A stretch of 58,451 nt of DNA, filler included, from Sphacelaria rigidula (GCA_964200075.2; 5 parts of 5 records of this genome joined end to end with filler, not necessarily neighbours in it), one strand, 5' to 3'. Positions 12,490-25,401 are shown, numbered from the whole stretch's first letter. Notes: generated by a model not told the origin, from the sequence alone. Numbers and translations: made by a program.

Positions 12490-14559
12490 GAAAATTTGGC
12501 GTCGGAGCTTCTGTCTGATGCTCGTCGATGTTCGGACAAGTCTTGGACAAGCCAGAAACTAAAGTATCATCAGTGATCAAGATCGGACAACTGGCCTGAG
12601 TGTACTCCGTGGTGCTTTCGTCAGTGTACGAGAGTTGGAAGGTGAAACTTTAAGCCATGGACGAGAGCGGAAAGTGCCGCGGGTCTGCTGTGATCACCCC
12701 CGCAAGCCGGCGAAGGAGGGTACACTTGCGGTGGATACCATCCATGGCACACCTCTGTAATGACAACGCTAACGGCTGCCGTTGTTGCGGTCGCGGCTGT
12801 GACATCGAGACTTGCTCAGAGCCTCAGCCACAGCAGTAGCCGTCAACTTGGTCTATAGCCGCGTGTCTCAGAGAGCGTTATGTGGCTCCAAAACCAAGCT
12901 CTATGTTGATATACTTCCGCCGTGCGCGTTTGTGTGCGTTGGTGTGTGTGTGAGAGAGAGCGAGAAAATGTGTGCACAGCCAGCGCTTTGGCAGCACATA
13001 GCGGCTGTGGGACCAGTTCGCGCGTTTGCCTGTACCGTGTACTGTGTTGTTTTCATCTGCCACCCTTTTCTGACTGTTCTGTATTGAGAGAGTCCTGAAG
13101 GTCGTTGTGCTATACCCGACGAGCGTTGTCATTGTCCGACAACCGTTTTCATGACGAGATAACGCAAAGGTAGAAATTCAACACTTATACATTGCCTGAA
13201 CTGGATGAGGAACCTACCCTTACATTTGCCGGAACAAGTAGAAACTGTCCAAAAATGTCCAACTTTTTCCGTGAAAGAAAAAAAGTCGCGTTAGTAATAC
13301 CCCCTTATTAGAAGTACCTCGTGTACCATTCATGTATGCAGCAGTAGCAGCAGCAGCACCGAGGCAAACTCTCGGCCCAGAGCAGTGACGCAGCGATCCT
13401 GTTCGCATCTCGAGTATTCTTTAGCCACATTACTGTGGGTCACCAAACCGTTGGGTTCCGTTGGGGTCTGCAACTGTTGCACAACTATAATGTGTGAGAG
13501 ATCATTGTCGATTTCTTGGTATGCTGTTGGGTAGAGACCAGCTAGACAGCCCGAAAGGGTCTGGTTCGTGTGTGGCGGATTTCCCTAGACCATAAGAAGA
13601 GGCGATGTAGACGTCCACTTCCTCCGATGTTCTGCCGGGCGGTGACGTAGGGGGTGAATTTTGAGGGGCGGAGAGTGGTCAATCGTGGCTATGCTACGGA
13701 CAAAGGAGGGGGGGAGGGCAAAAATGGACTCATGGGGGTGAAAAGTGACAAAGGAACGTGATGAAAATAGAAAGTGGTGATTATTATATCCACAGGGTTC
13801 GCGGAAAAAGGGGGAATCCTGTGGAGCCCTTGTTGCCCGCGGCACTGCTTGGCCTCTAGGTGCGCCCTGAAGTTCGTCACCGTCGATTCCCGTGCTCTGC
13901 ATGAGCCGCGGTCGCGTTGCCGTCGCATCAGGATTGGATCTAGGGAGGTTTGGGAGGAGCACGGGCAGAGCCCGTGAATGTGTTTTCTCCTTACCTCCGC
14001 TCGTCCGCAAAATACGGTGGTAATACCCTCGTTTTCTTCATTTCCCTTCTTGTGAAGTTTTCACACATCATCACAAATTTCTGTTTCAACTAGGACTTTT
14101 TGCATGCGGTTGTTGGCGAAACCCCGGAGCCTAGCGAATCTCTGAGGGATAATGCATAGACTCTACATGTGGCGTCGAGATTTTTGTGACGGGGTCAAGA
14201 ACGGTATCAAATGTTCTCAAAAGACTCTCCCAAGAGAACAATCATGTCATTTTAAGCGGCGGACCAAGAAGAGAACTGGTTGAGGGCACTGACTGAGTAG
14301 ACAAGGATTCTACACCGCTCAATCTACAACTTGGTCTCGAATTGTGTCCGCCTAGTTGCCATGTCAACATGTACACGGTAAGGACGAATCAAGGCTCATA
14401 CGGGTTGACTCGCGATGAATGTTGAACGCGAATCATTTGCCAAAGAGTCCTCTAGCGGTATGAATCATGAATGGTGCAGTTGTACGGTCAAGATCGTACC
14501 GCACGAACGAACTAGGAAAGTGTGCACTTCAAGTAGTGTCACACGAGTCAAGAGTGTAA

Positions 14560-15100
14560 AATATGTACGAATCGCAATTCCGGTATGAATCACTGCTGGG
14601 AAACATGCACACTTGATTCATCTCGTGATGAATGGAAGGTGGGGTTCACGCACGTATGATGCATGCTGCACGAATGAAAATTGGGCACCATGTACATTTA
14701 ACTCACCTCGTAAGTGTGGAAGGCGGAGAACGTGTACGTATGATCGATGTTGTATGAATAGAAGTTGGGACGTATGTAACTTTGATTCACGTCGAATGAA
14801 TGAAAGGCGGAGAACAAGTGCGCATGATAGATGCACGGATGGAAATCGGGAGACATGTACACTTAGTTCACCTTTTGTGAATGGAAGGTGAGGAATCTGT
14901 ACCTATGATGCATGCTGCATGAATGAAAACGGAGATACAAATAGCCGTGCTTCATGCCCTCTGAAAGGAAAGCGGGGAGCATTTACGTATGATTCATGCT
15001 GCATGAATGCATAGTGGAGAATATATAAATATGATTCATGCTGCATAAATGAAGAGGGAACATAGAGTATGTACCTATGGTTCATGCCGTAGGAATGAAA
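14560..15100 (+). repeat. Degenerate ~39-bp minisatellite with alternating ~78-bp dimer
   Basis: Units of type catgtacgtatgatgcatgctgcatgaatgaaaa alternate with cacttgattcacctcgtatgaatggaagg. Confidence 0.8.
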
Positions 15101-16489
15101 GATTTCGTACTACTGTTGTCTGTTGTCCGCTGTACAGTACTATACTGCACTGTACCATAATGTACTGCACTGCACTGTACTGTACTGTCCGCTGACTGCA
15201 GTGGGCGCTCCCAGGGTGCTCCCCATAACTCGCGAACATGCGGGGACGACCCTTGCAGTACTGATGCTATCTATGGTGCTGCTTCATATATTCAGGTCAA
15301 CAGTACTGCAGAACAACACATGACACCGCAGAAGGCCATCAACAGCTTAGCTCGGGAATATAAGCAGCTAGAAAAATCGCTCGAGGTACGCGGATGCGTG
15401 CTGTGCTATGCTGCACCGGTCTGCCTGCGGACTGCAGTGTACGCTGCCGGGGATTTCCCGAAAACTCCCGCAAGCATGCGGGCACGACTTATGCTGGTGC
15501 TGTCTTTCCAGTTGTTCGTGGTATTGTATGCAGTATATCAAGCCTTTGGAAATCCTCCGCTCCCGTCCTCGATCCAGACGCCTCATTATTTCAAGCGCCG
15601 GCAAAAGAAGAAAAAATGGTAACAGAAAAAAATGACGACAAACATTTATACAGCGGAAGGCCACAGGAGAATCTACCGACATACACAGGTCATCCTCGCA
15701 CCAAAAATGCCGCCCCGTTGCGGTCGAATTAGTTTGATCCAATGAGGGGACGCAACGAGTCAAGTGTGTCCACCCTTGTGCACACAGCGAAAACCAGCAC
15801 CGCGGTCCCTGAATTTCATACAAAAAACAGCAACCGCGGCCTCTGAATGTCATACAAAATTAAAAAAGCGCCACCTGTACAGTTTCTACATACCGAGTCC
15901 CGCGTGGCACTGGGGCGCAAGCCTATATCGGTGACGCACTCCACCGGAGTTTTGTTGTGCTCCAGCCCGGCCACATCACAGAAACAAAGTAGTATGGCCG
16001 AGCACACGAAAATCCCCTCACCACACGTGGAAGGATTGAGATGCGATACCGTTTTTACGCGATTCACCGCCATTTAGAGGCGGAGCGCGGGTCTGAAAGG
16101 TACGCCTTGGGCAAAATAGTGCTGCGTGGAAGCTGCAAACAAACAATCGTGTGTCATTCAAAGAACAGCACCTCTGAATCAGCATTTTTCCATTGCCAGT
16201 ACCAAAGGGTTTAGGTTAACTATACAGGTACCTCAAAACATGAGATGGAACCGGAAAGACTGCCAATAGCACAGCTCGGGAAAATAAATAGCTGGAGGAA
16301 CCGCTCTGGGCACGCAGACGCTTGTGTTGCACTATATTTGACGCGTTGTGGCATGTATACGCAGAAGATTTGAAAATGGGTTTTCTGTGGATTTCGCTCC
16401 GAAGGCGTTCGCGACCTGCACGTTCTTCTATGCCTAACCCACTAAGGAGGTCGCGCCACCGAAGAGTAGCGCCCCATGAAATGACAAGT

Positions 16490-16920
16490 GGGAAACAATA
16501 TGTTCTCGTGAATTATGTCGTATAAACAGAAGGTCGGGAGCATGTACGTATGATGCATGCTGCATCAATGAAGAATGGGAATCATGTACACTTGATTCAT
16601 CTCGTATGAATGGAAAGTAGAGAACATGTACGAACACCTCATGCTGCATGGATGGAAATTGGGGATAGTATACGCTCGATTCACCGCGTATGAATGAAAG
16701 GCGGATACCATGTACGTGAGATTCATGGCGGGTTAACAGAAATTGGGGAAACACGTACGCTTGATTCACCTCGTATGAATGGAAGGTGGGAAGCAGATGC
16801 CCATGATTGGTGCTGTATGAACGGACACTTGGAAACATGCACCTGCTATTCATACCATAAGAGTGGAAGGTAAGAAACGTGTACCTTCGATGTTGTATCG
16901 CACGGATCACGATCTGGGGA
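16490..16920 (+). repeat. Second block of the same ~39/78-bp minisatellite
   Basis: Same units and orientation as 14560-15100. Confidence 0.8.
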
Positions 16921-17598
16921 TGTGTAAACTACTCCAAGTAGTATCCCACGAATCACGAACCCAAAACACGCACAAATCACAACTTCCATACGAATCGTAT
17001 GATCGATTCGTACCAATGTCGAATATGAATCGAATCACGATTTTGTCCGCTCGGACCGTGAACGCGTAGGTGCATCAGCCAGAATTGATAATTCTCATAT
17101 TTGACCGTCAATATCTCGGAGACGGGTGTAGGCTTCGAACAACTCAAGCCACCAGATGAATGGAACAACTACACTCTCCCGATTCATCGCCGAATACGCC
17201 ATCCACGACAGCAAGCAATGGCGCAAACAAACCAAATTCAATGATGAGGCTTGATCGCATCTACACAAAGCTAAGGCGAAATTTCTGGTCTAACGAGGGT
17301 GTTTACAAGCGAAGGTCACATGTACGTGAACCCCCATGACCAAGGACGCCGCAGTGCTAATCCCACAGCTCGCAAAAAAGGACTCGGCCTTGCACGTGCG
17401 TCAAGCTCCGCCGTCCTCCAGCTTCAATTCTCCGATCCTGGAGCAGTGCATGGGAATCCACGCATATACCAATGCACCACTTCGTATATCGAGCTGTGTC
17501 AACCCCTGCTCTTGCAGCCAAGATTCGAGTCACTTTGTGATCAAGGGATCAAGTATCGATATCTTGTGAACGGAGACTAAATCTGATACTCTATTCTC

Positions 17599-17950
17599 GG
17601 TCGCCCCGGTGACTCAGTTGGTAACCCCGAAACCTTCTGACGGTTGGGTCGTGGGTTCAGATCTCGGAGCGATCTGGGATTTCTTCTCACACCATGCCCA
17701 ACAGCGGAGAGCGACTATGTCGTGGGTACACAAAATTCGACTCAACGGTCGACGAGGGAAAGGGACTGCCAAACTTCTCTCGCGATAAAAAATAAAGGCA
17801 AGCACTGCATGAGGAAGATGGGACACTCAAAACTAAAACGAGAGAAAAAAATCGCGTGTTGACCTTCCTCTTGTGTGACCCCGGCTGATGCGCCCACATA
17901 TACCGAACGGTGTAGACCGGCGTCCAGAATAGATGGAACAACAACACACA
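17599..17950 (+). mobile_element. tRNA-derived SINE family 1, full-length copy with 8-bp TSD
   Basis: A-box-like tgactcagttgg, B-box-like ggttcagatct, CAA/CA tail. TSD ctattctc at 17591-17598 and 17951-17958. Three other copies in the window. Confidence 0.85.
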
Positions 17951-18805
17951 CTATTCTCTTGAAAAGCATCATCCTCCAGGGGTTTCGCCGCCTTAGGCTC
18001 TACTTTACTTTTGGGATACCAAGCGAAAGTATACATCCCTTGTGCGAAAATGCGGAGTCGTTCCGAGTCACTTGCTCTACCCGCACGCACCATGACCTTG
18101 GCGACGGACAGGTAGGTATCCTGCACAGAGCATAGGTGCTCACCTTCAAACCGACATACACCAACCCTCTTCACGCCTTGGTGTGAATCTTACAGCTGAT
18201 GAAGACCACATCCGTTGCGTCTCACCATAGCGAAAAGAAGGCCAGGAAATAGTTGAATTGCACACTTCAGCTTGCTGCTGCGGTAACCCGACTCCATTTG
18301 TCAACATTAAAACGGCCACATCCCCCGAACAGATGAATTTCTCGGCTTCCAAACGGAATTGGTCCTGAGTACTGGTCAAAAACTGTGTTCTGGATATGGA
18401 AACTCATTGCGAAGTACCTTGCAGCGGCGAGGTCCATGTTTGAGGTGGCTCTCCTTCATGAAATCGATACGAGTACAGCAAGTGTTAGCGAAGCGCAGCA
18501 CGTAGTCATGAAACGCAACAACTACATCACCGGGTAGCTTTTCATCCTATGCTTCTCAACGGTACCAGCCGCGCCCATTTGGTCATGGTACGAATGCCAT
18601 AACATTCCTCCTGAAAACAAGTTCCTCGTGTTTCCGGAACGCAGCTCAATGGCAGAAACGCACACGGTGGACTATTTGTTGTAGACTGGATACGGTCACA
18701 TACAGCAATTACGCGACCAGGCGACCGTAGACATACGACCTACCACAGCCTACCGCTGCACAAGCGTACCGCGAGGCTCTTCGAAATGACCCACGTCTGC
18801 CTCAC

Positions 18806-20441
18806 CTTCCACTCCAAACAACAAGCGAAGCAGACACCGCCAAAGCCACAGCCCTAAAAGCTCCGACCCGCATCGCCATTCCTCCGAGCCCATCTTGCCT
18901 CACCTCCGCCCCCTTCTCAACCACCCCGCGCATGGGAACCCTCTCCGCCGGCACCGATGCAACACACGTAGCTCCAAGTCCCCGGGCTAACAATCCCCGA
19001 CTGCTTCTGCCTCGCCCTCGCCTGCTATTTGAGCTGGTGTGTCGTCTCGAAGGGGCCGTGGATCGTCGCCGTTGTGGTGATTTCCCTGCGCCGCCACCAC
19101 CACTGCCGCTGCTGCCGCCATGATCGATATCGCCTGCACCTCTGTTGCCGGTCGCGCGGGATAAAGATGACCTACTACTGCCGAAAAAACTGCCGGCGTT
19201 CGCGTTGGCGTCATGGATCGGAAAGGTGCGGTCGACGAGGGCTGCGCTACCGTTGCTTCCACTGCTGCTGTGACGTGGTAGCGGTAGGGGATGGGGATGG
19301 TTAGACGTTGTTGGCCCTGGCCCTCGAGAAGGGGAGAGCGACCGGCTACGGGACTGCCCCTGGCGCGATTCGGAGTCACGAAACCGTACGGATTTCGCCA
19401 CCGCTGCCGCTGCCGCCGCCGCCGCCGCCGCCGCCGCCGCGGTGTTCTTGCTGGTGCTACTGGTACTGTCCCCACGGACGGCGATACGCCTTGTTCTATC
19501 CTCATCGCGGCTAGGAACTGTCCTTTCGGAGGGAAAATAGTGCGTACCGCCATCATGTCCCGAGGTTCCGGACGCGAGAGACGCGCGGGAGTGGTCGGCG
19601 ACGGAGCGCGCACTAATGCTGCCGCCACCGTCGCCATCACCGTAGTCGGGCCTCGGACCGCGACTCGTGTTCGAGACACCAGTCGCCGGCGCGGGCGCCG
19701 CCGCTAACTGCTTGTACAGTTGTTCTCGTCGAGCGCTATTGCTGACCTGCGCTTCCTGGGTGTCCGCAGCAGCAGCGGACGATCTCACTGGCGGGGCCGA
19801 CCGCGCGAGCGGCGCTGTATGCAAGGTTACAGTTGGGCACTGTAGTTGCTGCTGCTGAGGCCGCTGACTTTGTCGTGGGAGGCGTCGTGCGGGCTGACCC
19901 CTTTGCCTCGACGACAGACGTTCTTCCCGTGTGGCAGAAATAGTATCTCGTATTGAGGATGAACGGTCTTCATGCCTGGCGGGATAACCGCCAGTCACTG
20001 CGGTCGAGCTGGCGTACCCTGCAGAATGACCTTCCTGTGCGGCGGATAGACCCTCGTGTCTAGCCGGGGACTTTTGTCGTATTGCGGGCGAACTTCCTCG
20101 CCCTGCGGAAGGACTCCCCCGTGTTGTGGGAACACCCTGCGCGGGACGATCAGGTTGTGCAAGGGGAGAAGCAGGACGTTTCAATCCTAGCATGAAGTAG
20201 ACCACTCGATGGACGGGGTAGAACGGATCGAATCGGGGCCCGAGGTGGGTCCTGACGAGCGATGTGCCGGTGTATAGGGCAGACACCAGACCGGCCGCCC
20301 CTGCCGCCGGAAGCGCCGATAGTGCTGTTGTGCCGGCGCTAGCGTCGGGACTCGTCGTGTCATCACCTGTAGTTTCATCGAGAGATTGGACGAACAAGAC
20401 CGCGAGAAAAAACGCATAAATGACAGAAGACGATCGGCACA
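18806..20441 (-). CDS. Large internal exon of a multi-pass membrane protein gene (TM, long Ser/Arg/Gly/Ala-rich region, TM)
   Basis: 546-codon open frame with hydrophobic segments at both ends. Donor GGAAG|GTGAG at 18806/18805. Acceptor AATGCAG| at 20442 is in phase with the upstream exon; an alternative acceptor near 20485 is possible. Confidence 0.75.
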
Positions 20442-20679
20442 CTGCATTAACCTCAAATCGTAAAGGGTCGGGGATGCAATCATCCTTGTGCGTAGGGAAC
20501 GAAGCGTGAAATGTGGCTCAACATAGTATCGACGGGAACTGCACTATTCTCCGTAGGTGAGTAATGCGTTGTCACCAACTTCAATTTTTTGCTCCACGAT
20601 TGCCCGTCATTCAGGGCGAATGACATGTGAAATATGAAAACGATAATAGAGCAAGAACTGTATACCTTCAAAGGACTCT

Positions 20680-20935
20680 GGCTGTATTTGTCGTCACGTT
20701 TCCAACCCCGCCCTTTCCTCGTGACGAATCCTTGGCTCCAAGGATTGATCAGCTCTCCGCTGGTACACGCTTTGCATTTGGGTCTCGCGGATTGGATCAT
20801 AACACTCCCGCACCGCGTCAAGTCCCGTCAAAATCTTTTTGCTACCCATGTTCTCACGCTTTCAACGGCGGGATTCGAACCCACATTTCTCTCAATCTCG
20901 TGGTGCCAGTTGGAACATTTCACCGCTGGGGGACG
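20680..20935 (-). mobile_element. tRNA-derived SINE family 2
   Basis: B-box GGTTCGAATCC on the minus strand at about 20871-20881. Body shared with 8760-9050. Lies in an intron. Confidence 0.6.
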
Positions 20936-20992
20936 GAGGCATTAAATTATGTATATGCAGGTATACTTGTACTTCCGGGGGCGCCGATGTCC

Positions 20993-21160
20993 GAGGACGA
21001 CAGCGTTCATTTGTAAGGTTACTCATGTTTAGCGGAAGCTCGGTATCAGTCCTCAATGGACACTAAAAGAGTGCGCCAATGTCTAGGACGATAGCGTTCA
21101 TTGGCAAGGTTACTCCTGTTTGGCGAAAGCTCATTACCATCAGTCCTCAACGAACACCAG
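20993..21160 (+). repeat. ~90-bp tandem duplication
   Basis: aggacga.agcgttcatt.g.aaggttactc.tgttt.gcg.aagctc...atcagtcctcaa occurs twice. Confidence 0.75.
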
Positions 21161-21334
21161 AACAGTCTGCGATGAAAAAACTGGCTCTCAAAGGAGCAAG
21201 ACGATAGCTACCTCATCGCAATGTGGCAAACTGGTCTTTCAAAGTAGTAACAACACACACGTACACACACGCGCAAGACGAAGTTATCTGACAAACAACA
21301 TAACCACAGGGTACGATCAACGATGTCCACCGAC

Positions 21335-21629
21335 CTGTCTCGACGTCACCGCCGCCGAGGCCACAATATACCACCGCCCCGTACACGGCGCTCTGCACCG
21401 CCCACGGAACGCCGTCGGCCAAAGGCGATAACCCGCGATCGCACGGAAGAAACAGTCCACCGCACCCCGCCAACATACCGGCCACGATGGGGAACGTCCA
21501 GACGTTGCCTGCCACGAGAGCGGGCGCAGCATATCCAAAACAAAAAGAAGCACCGATACGTGTCAACATGTTGACCGTCAGGATCGTAAACGGCACCGTA
21601 CGAGTACAAACTTGTACATCTAAGTACCA
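21335..21629 (-). CDS. Exon encoding hydrophobic helices, possibly a TRIC/TMEM38-like channel domain
   Basis: Acceptor TTTTGTAG|, donor ACAG|GTCGG. Translation WYLDVQVCTRTVPFTILTVNMLTRIGASFCFGYAAPALVAGNVWTFPIVAGMLAGCGGLFLP... Family call rests on WYL and GxxxGxGG motifs only. Confidence 0.65.
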
Positions 21630-21744
21630 CTACAAAATGTGTACTCGACAGTGATGTCGGCACGCCCCGGGGGCCAAACCTGGTACATCAGCTGGCACAT
21701 CAGCATCCTGGCGGAGCTGGTCAGTGCGAGGGAATCCCGACCAG

Positions 21745-21745
<1 letters not shown>

Positions 21746-21780
<35 letters not shown>

Positions 21781-22050
21781 GATCGTACTTTAGCTGACCC
21801 CTTAGGGGTCCTGCCGTGGTCTCGTGATAGACGTACGTACTCAAGAAAAACAAAAACTGAAACACGCTCTGGAGAAAAGAAGGAACGGAAAGAACAGAAA
21901 AAAAAAAAGCGAACCAAACGACATAGCAGACTGAGTCGTAACAAAAACATAGAAATAAAAAGTCAACACAAGCAAAGCACAAGAAAAAAGGAACGACCTA
22001 AAACAGAAAAAAAAGGAAAAGGAGAGAACAGTACAGAGTAAATAAAATAA
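21746..22050 (-). mobile_element. 3' end of a non-LTR retroelement or SINE with (ATCA)n tail, family 3
   Basis: (gatt)n followed by ctgacccc..ggggtcc.gccgtggtc and an A-rich tract. Also at 22176-22270 and 42866-43130. Confidence 0.65.
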
Positions 22051-22175
22051 AATGAAAATTGAGTCATTATTTTCAGCTCCGATCGTCGTCCGAGAACGTG
22101 CGGACCGAGAGATGGCAAGAATAAAAGCTCCATGAACGTCGACGTACTTCGGTAGTGCTAATGCAATGCTCCATT

Positions 22176-22270
22176 TGATTGGTTGATCGATGGATCGATT
22201 GATTGATTGATTGATTGATTGATGTACCTCAACTGACTCCTCAGGGATGCAGCCGTGGTCACATGAAAAG
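22176..22270 (-). repeat. Short copy of family 3 with (ATCA)n tail
   Basis: (gatt)n followed by actgactcctcagggatgcagccgtggtc. Confidence 0.6.
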
Positions 22271-23250
22271 CCTTTCATGGTCGAGTGCAAGACAGGTAGT
22301 ATACCGGGGAAAGGACGGGTCGATCTCTTGCCGCTGCGGATTCATCTCGAATAAGGGGGAACTCAACATGAGGAAAAAAAAAAAAAAAAACATGGCTGAG
22401 TGCTCGCGCGAATATCAGCAATTCGACGTCAACTTGCGAGTGGTTTTGGAATCGACAGCTACGCAGTCACTGATGAACGAAACTATGAACTGCAAGTCAT
22501 TTTCAAACCGTGGAGACAATGACCATTCACCACATGAACGAACCCCGGCGGTCAAAAGGGGTGTCAACACACTGCTGCGCCGGACATGGTAAGTAAGGAC
22601 CTCTGTCGAAACCGAGCATATCTCGGCAGCGGCCGCGTCCCTGTTTTGAAGCTGGTACACCATCACAACTTAGGGCGGAGAGTATGACCGTATGGTCATT
22701 TTAGCTATTCCGCCGCCCGACAACGTGAAACCGAAAGGTGGCAATATGACCGGATGAAAATCGATGGAGGGTTGATGAAATCAATGCTCGACAACAACCT
22801 GCGAGGCGAGAACCAGGAAACGGGTGTTTCGGATTTTCGAGCCTACGGGCTCCCGTCGAAAGAGAAGGAGAGAAAACAAGCAAAACACGATGTAAAACTG
22901 GAGTCTGGTACGCTTTACCGCTTCGATATTTTTTCATCGGTGCTCACCCGCCGCCACAGTCTCCCGCGCCATGTCTACGGCACCGCACACCAGCGACGCC
23001 CGGAACGCTTCAGCAATGAAAACCAAGGCGTGATGAACCCCGGGGTACGATAACGTGGAGCGAATACCAGGACACGACTCATCTGGTCCCCACCACCTAA
23101 GACGGTATCGTTTTGCGAGAGGGTTCATGGCAAGGCGCGGGCAGGGTGGGAAAAGGGAAATGCGAACCTTGCATGCCAATACCGGCGAGAAAGACACAGT
23201 AAGTCACGACACGATATGGTATGAAAGTGATCCTCCGATAGGAGGTGGGA

Positions 23251-23322
23251 AGGGGGCGTACTCATTTGTTGCTTGCCTTAGTCATTTGACCATTGACCAC
23301 GCATCCCTTTCGAGACGGAGCA
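23251..23322 (+). repeat. Repeat family D, truncated by linker
   Basis: Near-identical to the reverse complement of 6178-6250. Confidence 0.85.
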
Positions 23323-23422
23323 NNNNNNNNNNNNNNNNNNNNNNNNNNNNNNNNNNNNNNNNNNNNTTAATTAATTAANNNNNNNNNNNNNNNNNNNNNN
23401 NNNNNNNNNNNNNNNNNNNNNN
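23323..23422. other. Artificial linker
   Basis: Seen directly. Confidence 0.98.
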
Positions 23423-23490
23423 TTCATTCACTGATTGACCGCTTTTCACTCTCAATCGTATCATCTACTCTCAATCTCACGAAAACACTG
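23423..23490. repeat. End of MITE family E, truncated by linker
   Basis: Matches the reverse complement of about 45405-45473 (tctactctcaatctcacgaaaac). Confidence 0.75.
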
Positions 23491-24865
23491 TTTACCACAG
23501 AGTATTGTTACGCGCAACACGACACTACAAAGCAATGCTGTACGCCACACAAGATGATGTGATGCAGAAGACTCCAGATATAGAGGTTTGAGTAGTACAT
23601 GACATACACATGAGTGACAGACTAGGTGGGCCATACGCTCTGCGTGAAAACACTGATGTTTGATGTACTGTAGACAAGATTGATTCACAGTTGACCTTCC
23701 ACTTTTGAGTCAAATGAAGTAAGTTATTTGCAGACAAACCAAATATTATTGAGTTTTTTTCAATGAAAAAACAATTGCAGGTTGCCCATCCATCACTCTG
23801 TTCACCCTGCAGCCTTAAATGGTGGCTATTTGAGACTATTTTTCTCGCGAGATGTCTTGAGTACGTATTGCCATACGTTTGTCCACATTGAAGACGTCCC
23901 TCTTGTGACCACGGCTGTATTCGCACGATATCTGCTTAGCAACTATATTCGACAACCAATCAAGCGATCCATATATGAAATCCATCGGGGAGTTTTTGCC
24001 GTCCTCAGGAAACAGGTAGGAGCCTGTACCATGCACTTCGCTATTTCTAGTTCCATGCAATGCTTTCGAATGCGCCCCACCTCGCCGCCGCTTCAAACTC
24101 AACCCTTACGCCCAATGGTCAGTAAGGCGGTCCGGTGTACGGTTATGCACCAACGTGGGGGTACCCCCCCACCCAGGTAGTCTCTGACTTGGAAGATTCA
24201 TCATTCTCAGCTAGAGAATCAGACTCATAGAGCAAACCTCCTCGCAATGTCCCCCAGCTCGACTCTGAACACGAGTCATCCCACACATCCCGGGGTTGGT
24301 CTTGTCACACTCATCCGTAAAAACATGAAAATATGCCGCAAAGTTTGTTCAGAGTATATCACCCCGTGGCGATCATAGCCCCCCTTTTCGATTATCGCGA
24401 AAGGCGAGGCCCGGTAATGTCATAAGATCAAGCGATGCCATTTTCCGAAAGACGTCGACGAGATCCCTCCGAGGACAATACTTGGGGCGGAGGTTGATGA
24501 GAGAAATATAGCTTTGGGGTAATTGCTGGGGTTGCGGTTATTAACGCTACATCGTCCTCGATAGATTTGTGTGCTGGGTGTTGTAGTCCCGTCTACCGTA
24601 GGTTGCATAAGATAGCACACTTACATAATAAGACACGACACTCCTGTGAAAAATATACACAATACCACACCCGTGTGCTATTTTTTGGGGTACCGAAATA
24701 AACGCTAATTTATCACACGGTGACATAAGATACCACACCCCTAGGGTTCAGCAGCATAACATCCACGGAGCCTCTGGTTTATCACACGGGTGTGATCGCC
24801 CCTGAGCAAGCACACATTCAAGCGAACACAACCTGCGGGCCACGACGGTGGAGACCGGCAATATC

Positions 24866-25401
24866 ATGTAGAGAGATGCAGCATCTAACCCTGCTGAAAG
24901 TACCGCGCCTAACACTGCGGTGGAACAGACTCCAGCAGCTACTTCACGCTCCATAGCGTCATTTTTTCAACCCTCTGCGCAGGAACGTGTGGCCCCTGCT
25001 GAGAGTGCCTCAACAACCGTGCATGACACCACATGCACCGGTGAGGCTTACACATCATAATCCCCAGCAGACAACCCGGTAGTACCCGCTGCAACTGCCT
25101 CCGCACGGGCTGCAGAGGCTCGCACAGCAAAATCTACTGCCGCTGAAACTCCTGCAGCACCCGCTGCGCCTGCCACCGCACGTGCTGCTGGAGTCCCTAC
25201 ACCCCCGCCCACAACGGAGAGGCCGGCCACACCTCCCGCCACCGAATCTACAAGCACGTCAACAGTTGAGAACCACGCAGCAGCACTCCACTGCGCTGAC
25301 GCATAATGTAGCAGGAAGGCCTTGTGGGCTGAGCCAGGAAAGGCGAACCCGGAGTTTTGCGGCATGCACGCGAACTCTGGTGACATCTACATTCAATCAA
25401 G
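24866..25401 (+). pseudogene. Putative transposase exon 1: Ala/Pro/Thr-rich region plus one EsV-1-7-like Cys/His repeat
   Basis: Single frame from ATG 24866 with stops at 24869, 25058 and 25304. Ends CADA*CSRKALWAEPGKANPEFCGMHANSGDIYIQS. Phase-2 donor AG|GTGTAC matches the phase of acceptor TTTTTCAG|G at 25940. Confidence 0.6.

Noticed and set aside
14560-16920. CRISPR-like array
   Set aside because: Degenerate contiguous tandem units without unique spacers, no cas genes, eukaryotic context. The same applies to 11366-11611 and 40110-40440.
17300-18174. Minus-strand coding region interrupted by SINE-1
   Set aside because: Removing the SINE leaves in-frame stops, and I could not place consistent splice sites.
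20860-20935. tRNA gene
   Set aside because: Only a B-box is clear, no cloverleaf could be built, and it continues into a dispersed repeat body. Called a SINE head.
22670-22800. Upstream TRIC-like exon (HPVILPPFGFTLSGGGIA)
   Set aside because: Bounded by stops and lacks phase-compatible splice sites. May be chance.
23500-24260. Decayed coding remnant on the minus strand
   Set aside because: Many stops and no diagnostic motif.
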